Source of the DNA: an uncultured bacterium
Lineage (GTDB): Bacteria; Verrucomicrobiota; Verrucomicrobiia; Limisphaerales; UBA8199
NCBI GenBank assembly: GCA_963749495.1
Contig: CAVVMW010000018.1
Coordinates: 128,001-192,000, forward strand
Direction: 5' to 3'
DNA length: 64,000 nt
The position numbers and the translations under genes were made by a program. Shown one piece after another: positions 57,970 to 64,000 of this stretch. Under the pieces are notes generated by a model, which had not been told where the DNA came from, ran no database searches, and worked only from the letters and a program-made list of their open reading frames with translations. The stretch's first letter is position 1; each line of letters begins with the position of its first letter.

Positions 57970-58195
57970 CAACCCGGAGGGTTGCCAGATGGTAGCCGGG
58001 GGTCGCGGCGTCGCCGCGACCCCCGGTTCGCGGCCAGAAGGGGCCTGCACCCCGGAACGGGGTGCCAGAAGGGTCTTCACAACGAGGAGGTGGCCTTCTG
58101 GCATCCCTCCGGGATGCCGACCCACACTGCCGCTGAACCGGGGGTCTCGCTGCGCTTCGACCCCCGGCTACCATCTGTCATCCCTCCGGGATGGA
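57970..58195. repeat. REP-like palindromic composite (GGTAGCCGGGGGTCG / CGACCCCCGGCTACC; CATCCCTCCGGGATG)
   Basis: Inverted arms visible in the sequence. Confidence 0.8.
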
Positions 58196-58355
58196 TTCCT
58201 GGCCGACGGGCACTCTCGCGGACCTCCGGGCTCACATTGTGGTACCGAGCGGGATGCGCCCGGCGCAAAATCCGGCGCAAAAACCTTGGCAGAATCACGG
58301 GCAGTTGGCACCATCAGGCCTTGCGAACCGCTCAACCTCAACTCGTTTCAAACTC

Positions 58356-58913
58356 ATGACTCGCGAGCAGGCCCTGGCCATCCTCAAGGAACACACCCAA
58401 TCCGAATCGCTCCTCAAACACGCCCTGGCGGTCGAGGCGGCCCTGCGTCATTACGCCCGGCGCTTGGGTGGGGAGGTCGAACTGTGGGGTGTGGCCGGGC
58501 TGCTTCACGATTTCGATTACGAGCGCTGGCCCGAGCCGCCCGAGCACACCCGGCAGGGGGCCCGCATCCTGCGGGAGCGCGGCGCCGAGGAGGAAATCGT
58601 GGGCGCCTTGCTCTCGCACGCGCGCTGGAATTGGGACGACTACCCCCTGGACCGGCCGCTGCGCAAGGCGCTCTTCGCCGTGGACGAACTCTGCGGCTTC
58701 ATCATGGCCGTGGCTTATGTGCGCCCGGAGCGGTTGACGGGCATGACGGCGTCCAGCGTGCGCAAGAAGCTCAAACAAAAGTCCTTCGCCGCCGCCGTCC
58801 GGCGAGAGGACATCGAGCAAGGCGCCCAGTGCCTGGGCCTTTCCCTGGACGAGCACATCACCCAGGTCATCTCCGCCCTCCAAGGCATCGCGACGGATTT
58901 GGGGTTTCCATAG
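58356..58913 (+). CDS. HD-domain (HDIG-type) protein
   Basis: KHALAVE, GLLHDFDYE and AVDELCG. Confidence 0.92.
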   Translation: MTREQALAILKEHTQSESLLKHALAVEAALRHYARRLGGEVELWGVAGLLHDFDYERWPEPPEHTRQGARILRERGAEEEIVGALLSHARWNWDDYPLDRPLRKALFAVDELCGFIMAVAYVRPERLTGMTASSVRKKLKQKSFAAAVRREDIEQGAQCLGLSLDEHITQVISALQGIATDLGFP

Positions 58914-58998
58914 ACATTTCGGGCGCGCCGGCTACCATGGGGCCGTGTCTAACATCGTGAGACCGCAGTGGGGTAGAATCCTTGAATTTCACAACGTG

Positions 58999-59448
58999 AT
59001 GCACACAGGTCAAGTTTGTGGCACGGGCATCCTGCCCGTGAGGGCTTGGGCAGGATGCCCGAGCCACGGTCTGAGGCCCTTCCTCGCTAGAGTTCTGTTC
59101 CTGGCCGTGGCCCTGGCCCTGGTGGCGGGGTGCAGCTCGGCCCGGGTTTACACGACCCGCGAGGCCGTCATGCACGATGCCAAAGCGCCGCGGCTCATCG
59201 CCTTCGAGCCGGGCGAGCAGCCGGCGATCGTGGTGGATCTGCCCAAGCACTGCCTTTGGGGCCAGAAGGTCGGGAGCGTATGGGTCGAGGAGGCGATTTC
59301 CGGCCGCGCGGTTTGGCATCAGAGCCAGTTCATGCGGCAGGGCTCCGAGTACTACTTCCTGCCCCAGGGCCTCGGACGGGGCACCTACCTGGTGGTCCTC
59401 CAGGCCGAAGGTGAACCGGTGGCCGGGGCGAATTTCGATATCCGGTAA
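58999..59448 (+). CDS. Hypothetical lipoprotein (start uncertain)
   Basis: VAGC lipobox and Ig-like beta C-terminus. Confidence 0.6.
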   Translation: MHTGQVCGTGILPVRAWAGCPSHGLRPFLARVLFLAVALALVAGCSSARVYTTREAVMHDAKAPRLIAFEPGEQPAIVVDLPKHCLWGQKVGSVWVEEAISGRAVWHQSQFMRQGSEYYFLPQGLGRGTYLVVLQAEGEPVAGANFDIR

Positions 59449-59710
59449 CGGTGGAGCGCGCCTGGCGGGTACCACCACGCCAGAGGAGACCGCGGGACCG
59501 CGGCCAGTAGCCCGAAGGGCTTCTGATCACTCAGCCCAGGGTTGAACGAAGCCGCTACGCGGCGGAGAAGACGGAACTGCTGCGGCTCCGCAGTTCGCAG
59601 GCTGGAGGGCTGGTTTTGCGTTGGCCTATGGCCGGGACTCCCACAGACTGATGACGGTTCGCCATGCACTGACGCACGGCAAACCGTCAACATTAATCTG
59701 TACCGCAGCT

Positions 59711-60600
59711 ATGCATATAAAAAAAGTTCTCCTCACGCAATCCTGAACCGCTTTGCCGATGACCTGATTCTGCTGCCGCTCCAGCCCCGAAGCCAAGAGA
59801 TCTACTGGGTCTGTGTGCGCCAACTCTCCGATCACTTTGAGCGCTCGCCCAACTTGGTCAGCGCCGAGGAACTCCGCCAGTATTTCATCCATCTCAAGAC
59901 CCAGCGGCACTTGGCCCGCCAAACCTCCACGCAGGCTTTGTGTGCCATCAAACTCTTCTGGGAGAAAACCCTCCAGCGGCCCTGGCCGGCGGAACTGGAG
60001 TTTGTGCGCGCCACACCCCAATTCAAGCTGCCAGTTATCCTCTCGGCCTCCGAGGTGCGCACGATTATCGCCCGGGTTGCCCCTCTGGACCATCGGGTCG
60101 CCCTGACGACGATCTACTCCTGTGGCCTGCGCTTGGGCGAAGCCGTCAACCTGGAAGTCGGCGACATCGATTCCCAACGGATGTTCCTCCACATCCGGGC
60201 GGGCAAAGGCAACCGCAACCGTTACGTGCCCTTGCCCCAGCGCACCCTGGAACTGCTGCGCGAACTCTGGCGCAGCCACCGCCATCCACGATGGCTCTTC
60301 CCAGCTAAAGGCCACAGCGGTCTGGGCGCTGCTACCGCCACAGAGCCCATGGACCGCAGCACGCTGCAACAAGCCTTCCGCCGGGCCCTGCGCGCCAGCG
60401 GCATCAGGAAGGCCGCCCACATTCATACGCTGCGCCACAGCTATGCCACCCACCTGCTGGAGCAAGGCGAAAACCTCCGCCAATTGCAGGTCAACCTCGG
60501 CCATCACAGCCCCGTCACCACCGTCATCTACACCCACTTAACCACCCTCTGTCAGACTCAGCACCAGCAGCGCATTAACAAATTCATGGGCAACCTCTAG
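59711..60600 (+). CDS. Tyrosine recombinase/integrase (probable ATG at 59711 is one base out of frame across an A7 run)
   Basis: Catalytic R-K-H-R-H-Y residues in GLRLGE, GKG, HTLRHSYATH, LGH and YTH. Confidence 0.9.
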
Positions 60601-60611
60601 GCGGCCTCTCA

Positions 60612-61832
60612 ATGGCCGCAGCCGCTCAGCGCAGCGGCAGCTCCTTATCCGTCCACGACGTGTTGTGCCGATGGGCTCCGGCCTATCTGGAGCAGTTCGG
60701 AGCTGCCATGCCCACCCGCCAGTGCCGGGTGCTGCAACGCCTCTTGGCTTGCCGCACCCCGGCCCTGGGCGGGGCGATGTACTGTTGCCCCAAGTGCGAC
60801 CACCGCCACTTCAGCTACCACTCCTGCAACGACCGGCACTGTCCGCAGTGCGGCGGCCAGGATGCCCAGCAGTGGCTCGATGAGAATACCGCCCTGTTGC
60901 TGCCGGTGAACTATTTCCTGCTCACCTTCACCGTGCCCGAAGGCTTGCGCCGCTGGATTCGCTCTCACCCCCAAAAGGGCTATGACCTGCTCCTGGCCGC
61001 CAGTTCCCAGGCCCTGCAGGATCTGGCTCAAAATCCCAAACGCCTCGGCGCCACCCTCGGTATGCTGGGGGTGCTCCACACCTGGACGCGCACCCTCGAA
61101 TACCATCCCCACGTCCACTACCTGGTCCCCGGCGGCGGCCTCAGCCCAGATCAGCGCCAGTGGATCTCCAGCCGCCCTCGGTTCCTGTTGCCGGTCAAAG
61201 CCCTGAGCGATCGCTGCCGCACGCTTTTCCAGGCGGCACTCCAAAAGCAGATGCCCGAGGCCCTTGCCCTCCTGCCGGCCAAAGTCTGGCAGCAACGCTG
61301 GGTCGTTCACAGCGCTGCTGTCGGCAGGGGCCAAAACGCGTTGCGCTACCTCAGCCGTTACGTGTTTAAAACCGCCACCGGCAATCGCCAACTCCAATTG
61401 CTGCCTGACGGACGCTTGCGCTGGCCCTTCCGCCACAGTGCCACGGGGGCTTGGGGCCACATCGACATGGCCCCCTTCGAGTTCCTCCGCCGCTTCCTCC
61501 AGCACGTCCTGCCGCCCAGATTCCATCGGGTCCGCCGCTTTGGCTGGCTCCATCCAGGGGGACGCGCCCAGTTCAACCGCATCCGAGCCCTGCTCAAAAT
61601 ACCGCCCTTACTCTTGGCGGCCGAGCAAGCCGCTTGGCAGCCTCCGACCTCCAGCCCGCCGACTGACCCGGCCTTGGCCGCTCAAGGAGTCTCCGCCCAG
61701 CCCACACCCCTGCTTTGTCCGCATTGTGGCACCGGGCTGGTCCTGGTCGGCTCCTGGCGCCCATGGGACAACGTCATCCACTTGCCCGACGGCTCCCCCC
61801 TCGGCGTCCGCCGCACCATCAGGCCGCCATGA
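60612..61832 (+). CDS. IS91-family (Y2 HUH) transposase with zinc-binding N-terminus
   Basis: CRT, CPKC, SCNDRHCPQC, LHTW, HPHVH and YLSRY. Confidence 0.93.
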   Translation: MAAAAQRSGSSLSVHDVLCRWAPAYLEQFGAAMPTRQCRVLQRLLACRTPALGGAMYCCPKCDHRHFSYHSCNDRHCPQCGGQDAQQWLDENTALLLPVNYFLLTFTVPEGLRRWIRSHPQKGYDLLLAASSQALQDLAQNPKRLGATLGMLGVLHTWTRTLEYHPHVHYLVPGGGLSPDQRQWISSRPRFLLPVKALSDRCRTLFQAALQKQMPEALALLPAKVWQQRWVVHSAAVGRGQNALRYLSRYVFKTATGNRQLQLLPDGRLRWPFRHSATGAWGHIDMAPFEFLRRFLQHVLPPRFHRVRRFGWLHPGGRAQFNRIRALLKIPPLLLAAEQAAWQPPTSSPPTDPALAAQGVSAQPTPLLCPHCGTGLVLVGSWRPWDNVIHLPDGSPLGVRRTIRPP

Positions 61833-62538
61833 AAACCACGCCCTGGACCACCTCACTGCTCGTTCCGGCTGGGGGGCCAACTCCCACCCCCGCGCTTTGT
61901 TCGCGTGGCACCCGCTTCAGCGTCCCAAGGGGCCGGCGGCCAATCCCGGAACCTCCACGACGCTGCTGCCCAGTCAGCACCGGGACTGGCGCAGCTTGGC
62001 ACGGCTCTGACCCGTCCCCAAAAGCCTCGACCGCACACCGTAGTCAAAGCCAAATCCGGCACTTTCCGCAGTACCCCCAAGGATGGCCCAACGAACCTTG
62101 GGCCGCGGCTTCGTTCAACCCAGGAATGTAGAGAACACGGGGGCGGACCCAACTTCTCCAAAGTCACTTCTGTATTCCCGAGTCCCGCCTTATCTCGCCC
62201 CCGCGTTCTCTACATTCCTTTTTCTGTTGCGCGGAACGCGCTACCCTGGGTGTCATGCTGCCAAACCCTGGAAACCCTGAAAGGGTTTCAGCGGCGATGC
62301 AACCCTTTCAGGGTAGTTGCTCAGCGGGCGCATGACCCAGGGTTGCCCCGCCATTTCTTGCGAAAGGGCGGGGCAACCCTGGGCTGAGTGATTGCGATCC
62401 CTTCGGGATGGATCAGGCACGCCAGCGTTGGGCCTGGCCCTTCATGCTGTGGTGGTAGCGGGCAGGTGCGCCCGAACCCCAATGCGGCGCAACAAATGCA
62501 TGGCTATTTCGGGGACGCCACACTAAATTGTCGGCACG

Positions 62539-64000
62539 ATGGCCTTGACCCAGGACGAACTGAAGAGTTTGACCGAACTCAGAAGCCGCGCGCCACACGC
62601 GCTGCTCGGGATGCACGCGCTGCCCGAGGGCGGGGGGGTGGTGGTGCGGGCGCTGCTGCCCGACGCCGCCAAGGTGGTGGTCGAGCCCCTCCGCCAGCAG
62701 AAGATGCCCGTCATCCAGCTCAAGCGCATCCCCAAGACCGACCTGTTCGAGGGCGTGGCACACGAGGCCAAAGACCCCTATGCCTACGAGTTGGTCATCA
62801 CCGACTGGGCCGGGGAGGTCCGCCGCACGCGCAACCCTTATGCCTTCCTGCCCACACTGGGCGAAGCCGACCTCTATCTCTTCGGCAAGGGCGACGAGCG
62901 GCGGATCTACGAGAAGCTCGGCTCCCAGTTGCGGGTGGTGGATGACACCCCCGGGGCCAGCTTCGCCGTCTGGGCGCCCAACGCCCAGCGCATCAGCGTG
63001 GTGGGCGATTTCAACCACTGGGACGGCCGCTTTCACATGATGCGCTCGCTGGGCTTGTCCGGCGTGTGGGAGCTCTTCATCCCGGGCGTGAGCCAGGGGG
63101 CGCATTACAAGTATGAGGTCCGCGACGCCCGCGGGCGCATCGGCCTCAAGACCGATCCGTATGCCTTCTTTTTCGAGAAGCCGCCCAAGAATGCGGGCAT
63201 CGTGTGGGACAACCGCCGGTTCGAGTGGACCGACGGCCCGTGGCTCAACCAGCGGCGCCTGCGCGACCCCTTGCGCTCGCCGCTGAGCATCTACGAAATG
63301 CACCTGGGCTCCTGGCGCAAGAACTCGGCCGGTGAATCGCCCGGTTACCGTGAGCTGGCCGAGCCGCTCATCCGCTACGTCAAGGAGATGGGCTTCACCC
63401 ACCTCGAGTTCATGCCGGTGGCCGAGCATGCCTTTTACCCGTCGTGGGGCTACCAGGTGACCGGTTTTTACGCGCCCACCAGCCGCTACGGGACACCCGA
63501 CGATTTCCAGTTCCTGGTCAATGCCCTGCACGAGGCGGGGATCGGGGTGATTATCGATTGGGTGCCGGCCCATTTCCCGCGCGATGACTGGGCCCTGGCC
63601 CGGTTCGACGGCACGGCCCTTTATGAGCACCAGGACCCGCGCCGCGGCGAGCACCAGGACTGGGGCACGCTCATCTTCAACTACGCCCGGCACGAGGTGA
63701 GCAATTTCCTCACCGCCAATGCCCTGTTCTGGTGCGACCGCTTTCACATCAATGGGCTGCGGGTCAATGCGGTGGCCTCGATGCTCTACCTGGACTACTC
63801 GCGCAAACCGGGGCAATGGCTGCCCAATCAATACGGCGGCCGCGAGAACCTCGAGGCCATCGATTTCCTCCGCCGCTTCAATCACCTCACCCACACCGAG
63901 TTCCCGGGGGTGATGACCATCGCCGAAGAATCCACCGCCTGGCCCCTGGTCACCCGCCCCCCCTACCTGGGCGGGCTGGGGTTCTCCTTCAAATGGAACA
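62539..64000 (+). CDS. glgB: 1,4-alpha-glucan branching enzyme (runs off window)
   Basis: Open frame from ATG 62539: FAVWAPNA, IYEMHLGSW, SWGYQ, DWVPAHF, GLRV(N)AVASMLY and IAEESTAW. Confidence 0.95.
   Translation, partial: MALTQDELKSLTELRSRAPHALLGMHALPEGGGVVVRALLPDAAKVVVEPLRQQKMPVIQLKRIPKTDLFEGVAHEAKDPYAYELVITDWAGEVRRTRNPYAFLPTLGEADLYLFGKGDERRIYEKLGSQLRVVDDTPGASFAVWAPNAQRISVVGDFNHWDGRFHMMRSLGLSGVWELFIPGVSQGAHYKYEVRDARGRIGLKTDPYAFFFEKPPKNAGIVWDNRRFEWTDGPWLNQRRLRDPLRSPLSIYEMHLGSWRKNSAGESPGYRELAEPLIRYVKEMGFTHLEFMPVAEHAFYPSWGYQVTGFYAPTSRYGTPDDFQFLVNALHEAGIGVIIDWVPAHFPRDDWALARFDGTALYEHQDPRRGEHQDWGTLIFNYARHEVSNFLTANALFWCDRFHINGLRVNAVASMLYLDYSRKPGQWLPNQYGGRENLEAIDFLRRFNHLTHTEFPGVMTIAEESTAWPLVTRPPYLGGLGFSFKWN

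Larger units (their letters stand above)
59545..62229 (+). mobile_element. Tyrosine-recombinase plus IS91-like transposase element inserted in a REP-like palindrome
   Basis: GTTG at both junctions (59541-59544 and 62226-62229); removal restores CAGCCCAGGGTTGCGCGGAACGCGCTACCCTGGG; 17-bp inverted repeat at 59539-59555 / 62105-62121. Confidence 0.8.

Noticed and set aside
59711..59730. Programmed -1 frameshift at the A7G run at the integrase start
   Set aside because: Compatible with a slippery site but indistinguishable from a homopolymer error in this assembly
63745..63775. Catalytically dead GlgB (nucleophile Asp to Asn)
   Set aside because: Both changes are TCGA-to-TCAA, matching the window-wide error pattern, so an artefact is more likely

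Overview
High-GC bacterial window, probably Verrucomicrobiota (inferred from a VPDSG-type PEP-CTERM protein, two H-X9-DG prepilin-like proteins, a long-tailed ECF sigma factor and FYRL-type C-terminal domains). It looks like a long-read assembly: about nine otherwise intact genes carry single-base frameshifts, most of them next to CGAG. The left part (1-10.5 kb) is a defence-like island containing a TPR protein, gene scraps, an orphan antitoxin, a tightly coupled lower-GC operon NurA-HerA-GHKL ATPase-radical SAM, and remnants of a second HerA plus a restriction-modification-like gene. At 14.9-20.1 kb, four direct copies of a ~45-bp motif ending AAATTCCTAT(C/G)A(A/G)T resemble IS91/ISCR oriIS ends and punctuate unrelated cargo. 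One copy is precisely interrupted by a 556-nt ORF-less group II intron-like RNA. The middle and right parts hold housekeeping and envelope genes (hisI, trpE, acyP, GT9, a cysteine desulfurase, GH120, LysR, a giant MBG-repeat protease, leuS, a MacAB-like ABC system, glgB). They also hold a PQQ-repeat gene flanked by direct repeats, an IS110 remnant, and a tyrosine-recombinase plus IS91-transposase element inserted in a REP-like palindrome. LeuRS carries an in-frame ~187-aa insertion resembling a BECR-fold (barnase/colicin E5/RelE-like) RNase. Many families of REP/MITE-like palindromes fill the intergenic spaces. All family assignments come from motif recognition by eye; no searches were run.
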